IMG/VR virus record: IMGVR_UViG_3300046096_000178
Origin: an uncultured virus (IMG/VR IMGVR_UViG_3300046096_000178)
Lineage: Duplodnaviria; Heunggongvirae; Uroviricota; Caudoviricetes
DNA length: 20,000 nt
Direction: 5' to 3' (one strand)
Shown here one piece after another: positions 1-7,518 of this stretch. Under the pieces are notes generated by a model. It was not told where the DNA came from and searched no databases. It saw only the letters and a list, made by a program, of their open reading frames with translations. The position numbers and the translations under genes were made by a program. Within the stretch, counting starts at the first letter, position 1, and the number at the start of each line of letters is the position of its first letter.

Positions 1-2
1 AC

Positions 3-974
3 GCTCTGCGTGGTTTGTACTTTGATGGCGTAGTGGCCGACGAATATGGAGATTGGAAGCCGAGCGTATGGGGTTACGTTATTCGCCCTGCATTAGCTGA
101 TAGACAAGGATGGGCGGTAATCATTGGCACACCCAAGGGGCGTAATCAGTTCTGGGAGACATACGAGCACGCCAAGGTCAATGATGAATGGCTGGCACTT
201 TGCATTAAGGCAAGTGAGTCAGGACTGTTGCCAGAGTCAGAGCTTGATTCTCTGCGCCTTGAACTAACCGAAGATGCGTGGCGGCAAGAGATGGAGTGCG
301 ACTTTGATGCTGCATTGCCAGGCGCTATCTATGGCAAGGAAATATGGCTTGCAGACCAGCAAGGGCGAATCAAGGCCGATTTGTATGACCCTGCGCTTAA
401 AGTTCACGCTGTGCTTGACTTGGGGTGGTCAGACGATACGGCTATTTGGTGGTTCCAAGTTGGCAAAGAATTACGACTGATTGACTGCTACAGCACGCAC
501 GGCATGCCAATATCGCATTACAACGAAGTGTTGAAGGCAAAGCCGTACGCATATGGTGATTGGCTATGGTTGCCGCATGATGCAAGGGCTAAGAGCTTGC
601 AAACTGGTAGAAGTATCGAGGAGCAGTTTAGGGGGCTTGGATGGAAGCCTCGCATCGTTCCGCAGCTTGGCTTGATTGACGGTATACAGGCATCGCGCTT
701 AACATTGTCAGATTGCTTTATTGACACTAAATGCGCCGACGGAATAGACGCTCTGAAACAATATCAACGTGAATATGACGAGGATAAGAGAGCGTTTAGA
801 GATAAGCCGCGACATGATTGGACAAGCCACTACAGTGATGCATTTAGATATGCTTGTTTGGTATGGCGAGAGGAAATGAAACCAAAACCTGCTGAGCCGC
901 CTAAATTTTCCCAACAGCAAACCATTTCTGAGATAATACGAGCGAATTCCAAGAGAAAGCGAGATTACGAATGA
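3..974 (+). CDS. terL: Terminase large subunit, C-terminal part (5' end lies outside the window)
   Basis: Frame is open from the window edge (ALRGLYFDGVVADEY). Contains Walker B-like GVVADEY, coupling motif IIGTPKG, and RNase H-like nuclease motifs DLGWSDDTAIW and HDWTSHYSDAFRY. Lies upstream of the portal. Confidence 0.95.
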   Translation, partial: ALRGLYFDGVVADEYGDWKPSVWGYVIRPALADRQGWAVIIGTPKGRNQFWETYEHAKVNDEWLALCIKASESGLLPESELDSLRLELTEDAWRQEMECDFDAALPGAIYGKEIWLADQQGRIKADLYDPALKVHAVLDLGWSDDTAIWWFQVGKELRLIDCYSTHGMPISHYNEVLKAKPYAYGDWLWLPHDARAKSLQTGRSIEEQFRGLGWKPRIVPQLGLIDGIQASRLTLSDCFIDTKCADGIDALKQYQREYDEDKRAFRDKPRHDWTSHYSDAFRYACLVWREEMKPKPAEPPKFSQQQTISEIIRANSKRKRDYE

Positions 975-1219
975 TTTACGGCCAGCCAGTCACCCTTACC
1001 GCTACGGGCACTATTTCCCCACGTCAAGGGAAAATATCAGGCTTTTACGTCAACTCGACAACCGTCGGGACTATCGCACTCGCAGATTCAAATGGCGCAA
1101 TTGGTGGCACGATTACCCCCGCAGTTGGATGGCACTTTTACCCAATCGGGTTTCAAGGTGCTTTATCCGCTGTGATTGGCGGCACATTGAACGTAACATT
1201 CATCGTTCAGCCCACCTAA
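971..1219 (+). CDS. Small beta-strand-rich hypothetical protein (82 aa), possibly a capsid vertex or decoration protein
   Basis: ATGA overlap with the terL stop and ends 3 nt before the portal. G/T/V/I-rich with an alternating pattern. Function is inferred only. Confidence 0.7.
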   Translation: MIYGQPVTLTATGTISPRQGKISGFYVNSTTVGTIALADSNGAIGGTITPAVGWHFYPIGFQGALSAVIGGTLNVTFIVQPT

Positions 1220-1222
1220 GTT

Positions 1223-3520
1223 ATGGACTACGAATCAGGCGCACTGGAAAAGCCGGAAGATGTTGGAGTAGACCAAGCGGGCATAGTTCGCCGTTGGCTA
1301 TTGGAACTAAAGCTCGCTGATAAAAGAGAATCTCAATGGCGCGAAAAGGGTGACAAGGTTCTTAAACGCTATCGGCAAAAAGAGATTAAGAAACACAGCT
1401 TTAACATTCTTTGGTCGAATACCGAGACCATGCGCCCGGCAATCTATAACAGCTTGCCAAAACCTGATGTACGCCGTCGGTTCAAAGATGAAGACCCAGT
1501 GGGAAAGGCTGTGAGCGAAGTTATTGGCCGCTGCCTTGAATATGGCATGGACACGACCCAGTTTGATTCTCAGATTCGGTTCTGCGTGATTGACATGCTA
1601 TTGCCTGGCCGTGGATTGGCTCGCGTGCGCTATGTTCCAACCATCAACAAAGTGCAGGAAGAAACCGACACCGAGCCAACAGAAGCGTTAGATGGAGACT
1701 TTGAGGAGCTTGCTTGGGAGCAGGCACCTATTGAACACGTTCAATGGAAAGACTTCCGCATATCCGCAGGTGAATCATGGGAGTCTGTGACATGGGAAGC
1801 GTTTCGCCACCGATTGACACGCGACGAACTTGAGGAACAGTTCGGAGAGATTGGCGCATCCGTTCCATTGGACAAGACAGATGACCCTGATGTTGAAGGC
1901 GAAAAGGACATGGACGTTGCTGAAGCGTTCAAGACTGCCGAGGTATGGGAGATATGGGACAAGGAAGAGCGCGAAGTAATCTTTATCGCCCCTGCCTATA
2001 AAGATAGCCCACTAAAGACGTTACCAGACCCGCTCGGACTAACTGGCTTCTATCCTAACCCTCGCCCTTTATACGCTTGCGAAGATAGTGGCACACTGAT
2101 ACCTACGCCGCTGTTCGAATACTACCGAGAACAGGCAGACGAACTCGACACTGTAACCCGTCGCATTAACATCTTGGTCAAGGGATTGAAGATGCGCGGC
2201 ATCTATGACTCCACGCTGTCCGAGTTGTCTGAATTGATGCGCGGCGAGGATAACGACCTGATTCCGGCTTCAAACGTCACCGCATTGTTAGAGCGTGGCG
2301 GATTGGAAAAGGCCATCTGGTTCATGCCTATCGAGCAGGCTGCCAAAGTATTGCAGATATTGCAAGTGCAGCGAGAATCATCTAAGCAGGTGATCTACGA
2401 GATTACGGGTATCAGTGACATTTTGCGCGGCTCAACCAATGCCAACGAAACACTTGGCGCTCAACAGATTAAGGCCCAATGGGGTAGCGCACGATTGAAG
2501 CGCATGCAGACCGACTGTGCTTTGTTCATTCGTGACTTGCTTCGCTTGCAATCCGAGATCATTGGAGAGCGCTTTCAGCCTGAGACATTGGCCAGTATGA
2601 CGGGGCTTAAATTCCCCACTGGTGAGGAAAAGCAGCAAGCCATGATGCAATGGCAAATGCAGTCACAGCAAGCCCAGATGCAAGGCCAACAGCCTCCACC
2701 GCAGCCCGACTTACCACCAAGCTGGGATGAGATCATCCAGGTGATGCGTGATGATAAGTTGCGCACATTCAAGGTTGACGTTGAGACTGATTCGACTGTT
2801 GCCGCATCGGTTGAGTCTGACATGAAGGGATTGAGCGACACAATGAACGCTCTAAACCAAGTCATTCAAGGTTTCATGCCAGCGGTGCAAATGGGTGCTT
2901 TGCCTGTTGACGCATTGAAAGAGATGCTATTGACCGTGACACGCCGGGCAAAGATGGGCAATGCCGTGGAAGATGCTATCGACAAGATTAAGCAGCCCCC
3001 ACCGCCTCCACAAGAGCAGCAACCGCAGGACAACAGCTTGCAAGTCAAGCAAATGGAACTGCAACACAGCCAGCAAGTGGAGCAGGGCAAGTCTCAATTG
3101 GAGCAGGCCAAGCTACAACAGTCTGCCCAGATCGAGCAATTCAAGGGTGAGCAGGCTTTGCAGTTGGAGCAGGTTAAACAGCAATTCGCGCTACAGTTGG
3201 AGCAATTGAAGCAAGACGCAGAAACGCAACGCGCACAAATGAAGGCCCAGATTGATAGCGAAACCAAGTTGCAGATTGCCGGAATGAATGCTCAAGCGGC
3301 TGAGAAACCCGCCGTAAATATAGACACCGGGGCACTTACTGAGCAAGTAAAATCTCACTCTGAAAAGAGCGACGCAAGCATGATGCAAGCGATGCAGAAT
3401 TTTGGGCAGATTGCACAGGCTCTGGTAAAAACAATCGAACAAATGAACAAGCCTAAAAAACGTATGCTGCAACGTGGGCCGGATGGCAAGGCAGTTGGCA
3501 TGATTGAGGTATCAGAATAA
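1223..3520 (+). CDS. Portal protein (P22-like, 765 aa) with long Gln-rich C-terminal helical extension
   Basis: Follows terL. Portal-like segments FNILWSNTETMRPAIY, IYEITGISDILRG, ETLGAQQIK and FKVDVETDST. The last ~170 aa are Q/E/L-rich and heptad-like. Confidence 0.92.
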   Translation: MDYESGALEKPEDVGVDQAGIVRRWLLELKLADKRESQWREKGDKVLKRYRQKEIKKHSFNILWSNTETMRPAIYNSLPKPDVRRRFKDEDPVGKAVSEVIGRCLEYGMDTTQFDSQIRFCVIDMLLPGRGLARVRYVPTINKVQEETDTEPTEALDGDFEELAWEQAPIEHVQWKDFRISAGESWESVTWEAFRHRLTRDELEEQFGEIGASVPLDKTDDPDVEGEKDMDVAEAFKTAEVWEIWDKEEREVIFIAPAYKDSPLKTLPDPLGLTGFYPNPRPLYACEDSGTLIPTPLFEYYREQADELDTVTRRINILVKGLKMRGIYDSTLSELSELMRGEDNDLIPASNVTALLERGGLEKAIWFMPIEQAAKVLQILQVQRESSKQVIYEITGISDILRGSTNANETLGAQQIKAQWGSARLKRMQTDCALFIRDLLRLQSEIIGERFQPETLASMTGLKFPTGEEKQQAMMQWQMQSQQAQMQGQQPPPQPDLPPSWDEIIQVMRDDKLRTFKVDVETDSTVAASVESDMKGLSDTMNALNQVIQGFMPAVQMGALPVDALKEMLLTVTRRAKMGNAVEDAIDKIKQPPPPPQEQQPQDNSLQVKQMELQHSQQVEQGKSQLEQAKLQQSAQIEQFKGEQALQLEQVKQQFALQLEQLKQDAETQRAQMKAQIDSETKLQIAGMNAQAAEKPAVNIDTGALTEQVKSHSEKSDASMMQAMQNFGQIAQALVKTIEQMNKPKKRMLQRGPDGKAVGMIEVSE

Positions 3521-3681
3521 TGGCTAATCTTGGCGGAAACCTTGGCGAATTACGCTTAGTGGTTGAAATTGTTAGAAAAGAAACGGGCAAGACTGATACC
3601 GTCGAGCTAGTTGGTTTTATTGACGAAGATAAATTGAAAGAGGCATTGAATGGCACTGACACACAGCACAGCGGCACGTAA
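3520..3681 (+). CDS. Hypothetical protein (53 aa), not in the ORF track
   Basis: TAATG overlap with the portal stop, GAGG upstream. Translates MANLGGNLGELRLVVEIVRKETGKTDTVELVGFIDEDKLKEALNGTDTQHSGT. Fills the gap and overlaps the next gene by 32 nt. Confidence 0.75.
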   Translation: MANLGGNLGELRLVVEIVRKETGKTDTVELVGFIDEDKLKEALNGTDTQHSGT

Positions 3682-4039
3682 CGCTGCTACGGACGCAGTA
3701 ACGGCGCTTATAGGAGCTTCTGGCAGGCTTCGTTTCCGATTGTCTGGCACGGTTGCAGCGCCTGGCACTTCGGTGGCTAACTTGGCCCTGAGTGCTACGG
3801 CATTCGGCGCGTCTGCTACTGGAACCGCTACGGCTAACGCGATTACAAGCGACACCAACGCCGCAGGCAATGCTTCCCCAGTGGCTACGGCTACGCTAGA
3901 AACATCCGGCGGAACTGTGGTCATTCATTGCGCAGTAGCTGCAAGTGGCTCTGATATCAACATGACCAACGGATTGACAGTGACTGCGGGCGATACTGTG
4001 TCGTGTTCTAGTCTGACATACACTGCACTTTCAGCCTAA
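3650..4039 (+). CDS. Putative virion structural protein (129 aa, Ala/Thr/Ser/Gly-rich beta protein)
   Basis: GAGG Shine-Dalgarno. Composition and pattern (ARNAATDAV ... GSDINMTNGLTVTAGDTVSCSSLTYT) are typical of small phage fibre-base or structural proteins. Confidence 0.7.
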   Translation: MALTHSTAARNAATDAVTALIGASGRLRFRLSGTVAAPGTSVANLALSATAFGASATGTATANAITSDTNAAGNASPVATATLETSGGTVVIHCAVAASGSDINMTNGLTVTAGDTVSCSSLTYTALSA

Positions 4040-4042
4040 ACA

Positions 4043-4423
4043 ATGGCAACCTACGCAGACCGCGTTCTAGAAACCTCGACTAGCACAGGTACGGGCAATA
4101 TAACGCTCGCTGGTGCTGTGACGGGTTTCCGTGCATTTAGCCCTGCTATGTCGCTCAATGTAATGACTGATTACGTCATAGAGGCGGTTGATGCATCCAA
4201 CGTGCCAACAGGCGAATGGGAGACGGGGCGTGGATACTTGTCGGCATCTAACACGCTTGTCAGGTCAAGGCCAAACGCAGGCAGTGCAGCTACTCCCGTG
4301 TCATTCAGTGCTGGGACTAAGCGGGTATTTATCTCTCCCAACACAGCGTCAGCATTTACACGCGACAACAATCTGAGCATTGGCAGGCAAGTTGCCATCT
4401 CTTTAAAGCAATATCAAGGGTAA
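4043..4423 (+). CDS. Putative fibre-associated structural protein (126 aa) with DRVxET...GTG N-terminal motif
   Basis: N-terminus ADRVLETSTSTGTGNITLAGAVTGFRAF plus WETGRG and FSAGTKRVF. I recall this motif set from uncharacterised phage fibre-associated proteins (not searched). Confidence 0.7.
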   Translation: MATYADRVLETSTSTGTGNITLAGAVTGFRAFSPAMSLNVMTDYVIEAVDASNVPTGEWETGRGYLSASNTLVRSRPNAGSAATPVSFSAGTKRVFISPNTASAFTRDNNLSIGRQVAISLKQYQG

Positions 4424-4426
4424 AAC

Positions 4427-4876
4427 ATGAGCACGACTACTGGAAACGTACAGCCAATCTGGATAGCAAAAGGCGACCTGTCCAAGGATGGCACGACTGG
4501 TATGAACCAAGCCATTACACTCGCCGCTGCTGACTACACTGGCATTAGTGCAAATACTTCGCTGGTGTTTACCGCAGGTGCGGACGGCGCACGTATCGAG
4601 CGTTTGAAGTTCACACCTGCGGGTACGAACGTGCAAACCGTTGCGCGAATCTTTATCAATAACGGCGCAGTCAACACGACTGCCGCCAACAATACTTTTA
4701 TTGGTGAGATCACCTTACCCGCAACGACTGCAAGCGCAACGGCTGCACTTGTTTCGCCTGAGTTTGTTATGTCAGGCGGTGCGCTGGCTATCCCGGCTGG
4801 GTTCAAAATTTACGTCGGCCTAGGCACGGCTGTGGCTGCTGGCTGGGTGATCACTCCAATCGCTGGGCAATACTAA
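4427..4876 (+). CDS. Putative virion structural beta-sandwich protein (149 aa)
   Basis: Tightly packed in the operon (3-nt gap, TAATG overlap with the next gene). Beta-rich, T/A/G-rich, ends in GQY. Confidence 0.65.
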   Translation: MSTTTGNVQPIWIAKGDLSKDGTTGMNQAITLAAADYTGISANTSLVFTAGADGARIERLKFTPAGTNVQTVARIFINNGAVNTTAANNTFIGEITLPATTASATAALVSPEFVMSGGALAIPAGFKIYVGLGTAVAAGWVITPIAGQY

Positions 4877-5760
4877 TGTTCGGCACTCCCCAAGGCGCGG
4901 AAGTAACTGACTTTTTCGGCAACAGCATAACTGCGGGTGGGGCGTGGCATACATGGACTAAGCGCAAGACCGCATCAATGGTGCATATCTTGTTGCTGGG
5001 TGCTGGTGGCAATGGTGGCACTGGTGCGGTGGGTGCAAATAGTACAGCGGCTGGCGGCGGTGGTGGTGGCTCTGGTGGCCAGACCTCGGTGCTTATCCCT
5101 GCTTACATGCTACCGGATGTGTTATACATCAGCTTGGCCTATGGCGGCGCTGCGGTAGCGTCTTACGTTTCGTTTGACCGTACAACTACGGCTCAAAGCG
5201 TACTTGCCATTGCTAACGCTGGTGGAAACGGCGGCAATGCTACTGGCGCTACGGCTGGCGCGGCTGGTGCTGCTGGTGCAATCGCAACCATTGCAACTAT
5301 GCCTCGGGCGGGTGGTGGCTTTTACAACTTACTTGCAGGTCAAGCTGGCATTATCGGAGGCACCACGGTTGCCGCCGCTGCCTTGACGGCTCCCACTACT
5401 GGATTGATCGTAGCTGGAGGTACTGGCGGCGGTGGTCTTCCTGCTGCGGCTGCTGTGGGTACGGCTGGTGGGGCGTTTACAGCGACTGGCGTGTGGTTAA
5501 CCCGTGCGGCTGCTACATCGGGTGGAGCATCAAGCGCGGGAACCAATGGCGGTTCTGGTGTTGAGTATTACAACAACATCTTCCTGCCAACGCCGGGATG
5601 TGGCGGGTCTTCTGGTGGCGGAACTACTGGTGCATCCGGTGGCGGTGGTCATGGTTCCGTCGGGTGTGGTGGTGGTGGTTCCGGCGGTAGAATCACTGGT
5701 CAATTAGATGGCAGAATAGGCGTTGGCGGTACTGCTAATTGCATCATCACACAATGGTAA
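4876..5760 (+). CDS. Glycine-rich protein (294 aa), putative polyglycine-II adhesin or fibre tip
   Basis: WTK...VHILLLGAGGNGG...GGGGGGSGG start, many GGxGG runs, and a C-terminal GVGG-x-x-x-CIITQW strand: the layout of phage glycine-rich domains. Confidence 0.8.
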   Translation: MFGTPQGAEVTDFFGNSITAGGAWHTWTKRKTASMVHILLLGAGGNGGTGAVGANSTAAGGGGGGSGGQTSVLIPAYMLPDVLYISLAYGGAAVASYVSFDRTTTAQSVLAIANAGGNGGNATGATAGAAGAAGAIATIATMPRAGGGFYNLLAGQAGIIGGTTVAAAALTAPTTGLIVAGGTGGGGLPAAAAVGTAGGAFTATGVWLTRAAATSGGASSAGTNGGSGVEYYNNIFLPTPGCGGSSGGGTTGASGGGGHGSVGCGGGGSGGRITGQLDGRIGVGGTANCIITQW

Positions 5761-5763
5761 ACC

Positions 5764-6219
5764 ATGCAGTATTTCAACATCCTTTATGAAGACGGCACAT
5801 TACTTCTACAAGAGGTCTTTGCTGGTCAAGTAATCCGCTATTGCGACGAACTTGGCAATACGGTCACACCTCCATTGCTTGGCTCGCAAAACATGGGAAC
5901 GGTAATTCCAGCGTTTCCAATTCCACCAGACCCAATCGTTATCCCTGAAGTAGTTGCACCGGTGGAAGTTGCGCCCGAAGTGGTAGCGACTCCAATTAAT
6001 TACACCGACATTCTTGGCGCACCGCTGCGCACTATGACGTATGACGACAAAGGCCAATTAGTACGCATAGACTACCCCGGCTCAAGCACTTATCAGATTC
6101 TTGAATATGACGCTGGTCGTTTGCGCAAGATCACCGAAGTGTCTCCTATTGGAATATGTTTCGAGCGCCATTACTACTACGACAACTGGGGTCGGTGGGT
6201 GGAGGAAACCCAACTATGA
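5764..6219 (+). CDS. Hypothetical protein (151 aa) with Pro/Val-rich linker and C-terminal YD/RHS-like repeats
   Basis: TYDDKGQLVRIDYP, EYDAGRLRKITE and YYDNWGRWVEE match the YD-repeat pattern YDxxG[RQ]L. Confidence 0.7.
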   Translation: MQYFNILYEDGTLLLQEVFAGQVIRYCDELGNTVTPPLLGSQNMGTVIPAFPIPPDPIVIPEVVAPVEVAPEVVATPINYTDILGAPLRTMTYDDKGQLVRIDYPGSSTYQILEYDAGRLRKITEVSPIGICFERHYYYDNWGRWVEETQL

Positions 6220-6392
6220 ACGAATTAGAGGAAAAGTTGCAATGCGTCATGATTGACGCAGGCGCTCAGATTGGCGAGTTACTGCGCTGCATTATTGAAG
6301 CGGAAGTAAACGCGCAACTCTCAAAAATTCAACAATTGCAAGCTGTGCTTAACGGTACGGACTGCTGTGGTGACGTAACCCCGACCACGTAA
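6216..6392 (+). CDS. Small Cys-containing helical protein (58 aa); start re-assigned from 6156 to 6216
   Basis: ATGA overlap with the upstream stop and GGAGG at 6201-6205. MNELEEKLQCVMIDAGAQIGELLRCIIEAEVNAQLSKIQQLQAVLNGTDCCGDVTPTT. Confidence 0.75.
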   Translation: MNELEEKLQCVMIDAGAQIGELLRCIIEAEVNAQLSKIQQLQAVLNGTDCCGDVTPTT

Positions 6393-6406
6393 GCGTCGGT
6401 TTTTTT
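6381..6406 (+). terminator. Weak intrinsic terminator or attenuator
   Basis: CCGAC-N9-GTCGG stem followed by a T7 run, overlapping the stop codon of the 58-aa gene. Confidence 0.45.
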
Positions 6407-6418
6407 AAGGGCTTTTTA

Positions 6419-7300
6419 ATGTCATCTCATGATTTTCACGACCCATTAGTGGGTACTTATAACGACAACTTGACCTCTTTGGTCACTTGCTTGGCTACTA
6501 CCTTCGGTGACGAAGTTGGCTTGGCGGTAAACGAAAAGATCAATGCTGTATTGCAACTCGAAGGTGTTGATATTGCTGCTGTCACGGCACAGATCGCTAC
6601 CCTCAATGCTTTGATGCAGTCTGACAATGCATCTGATGCTGCTACTGCACAGGCTATCGTCAGCCAACTGACGGCACTGTCAAGCCGCATCACTTCGCTT
6701 GAGGCATCTACCGCTGTAGCTGACCTGACCGCTGCTGTTGCTGCTATTCAAGACGCTATCACCGCTGAAGCCGCTGCCCGTGTTGCTGGCGATGCTGCCA
6801 ACGCTGCTGCTATTGCATCCGTAGCTGCCAGCGTTACAACTCTGCAAACAACCATTGCAACACTGGAGGCATCCGTTGCCGCTGGTGGTGGTGGTTCTTG
6901 CGATTGCACTGCAATCAATACCGCTATCGCTGCCGTTGTTAGCGATGTAACTGCACTCAAGTCTAGCGATGCTGCTCAAGCTACCGCCATTGCTGACCTA
7001 ACATCACGCATCCAAACGCTGGAAGTCAAGGCTGGTGACATCACTGCTGCATCCGCCGCCGCCGCTGCTGCATCTTTGGCCGCTGCCGCCGCATCCGTCA
7101 AAGCTGACGCTGCTTCTGTCAAGGCCGACGCTGCTACAGCCGCTGCTGCGGCTAACGCTGCCGCCATCCGTGAGCTGGACGACCGCAACGAAGAACAGCA
7201 TGGTCGCTTCATCCATAAGAACGAGATCAAAGACATTGATTGCGCCGCTATCGGTAGCGCATTCCGTGCTGCGATGCGTTCTAAAATGAACCTGAGCTAA
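6419..7300 (+). CDS. Ala-rich coiled-coil protein (293 aa), putative fibre shaft
   Basis: AAGG Shine-Dalgarno. Heptad pattern (LTALSSRITSLEA, VTTLQTTIATLEA, IADLTSRIQTLEV), GGGGSCDC hinge, heavy GCT/GCC codon use. Confidence 0.8.
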   Translation: MSSHDFHDPLVGTYNDNLTSLVTCLATTFGDEVGLAVNEKINAVLQLEGVDIAAVTAQIATLNALMQSDNASDAATAQAIVSQLTALSSRITSLEASTAVADLTAAVAAIQDAITAEAAARVAGDAANAAAIASVAASVTTLQTTIATLEASVAAGGGGSCDCTAINTAIAAVVSDVTALKSSDAAQATAIADLTSRIQTLEVKAGDITAASAAAAAASLAAAAASVKADAASVKADAATAAAAANAAAIRELDDRNEEQHGRFIHKNEIKDIDCAAIGSAFRAAMRSKMNLS

Positions 7301-7306
7301 TCAATT

Positions 7307-7332
7307 GGGGCGGTTTAATCGCCGCCCCTTTT
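7307..7332 (+). terminator. Rho-independent terminator
   Basis: GGGGCGG-TTTAATCG-CCGCCCC (perfect 7-bp GC stem) followed by TTTT, directly after the 293-aa gene. Confidence 0.75.
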
Positions 7333-7335
7333 ACT

Positions 7336-7518
7336 ATGAACATCATCACTACCAAAGTGCAGCGCGAAAAGAGACTGGAAACTTGCAAAGAGTGTCCGGA
7401 AAAAGTTGTGCGCTTTGGTAGTGACGTATGTGGACTGTGTAACTGCCCATTGGCGGGTAAGTCAATCCTAATAGCCGCAAAATGTCCCGCTGGTAGGTGG
7501 GAGTTACTGCCTTGCTAG
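7336..7518 (+). CDS. Small Cys6 protein (60 aa), DUF6171-like putative metal-binding protein
   Basis: RLETCKECP ... CGLCNC ... KCPAGRW matches the RLxxCxxC..CxxCxC..CPxxxW pattern recalled for DUF6171. Confidence 0.75.
   Translation: MNIITTKVQREKRLETCKECPEKVVRFGSDVCGLCNCPLAGKSILIAAKCPAGRWELLPC

Noticed and set aside
4876..5760. Collagen-like or PE-PGRS protein
   Set aside because: No sustained Gly-X-Y triplet register and no PE domain. The pattern fits a phage glycine-rich domain.
6156..6215. Longer N-terminus for the 6156-6392 ORF
   Set aside because: Overlaps the YD gene by 64 nt. ATG 6216 has a GGAGG Shine-Dalgarno and ATGA coupling.
5764..6392. Rhs toxin-immunity pair
   Set aside because: Only three YD units, no RHS core or PxxxxDPxG cleavage motif, and no toxin domain. 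The downstream small gene instead resembles the coiled-coil protein.
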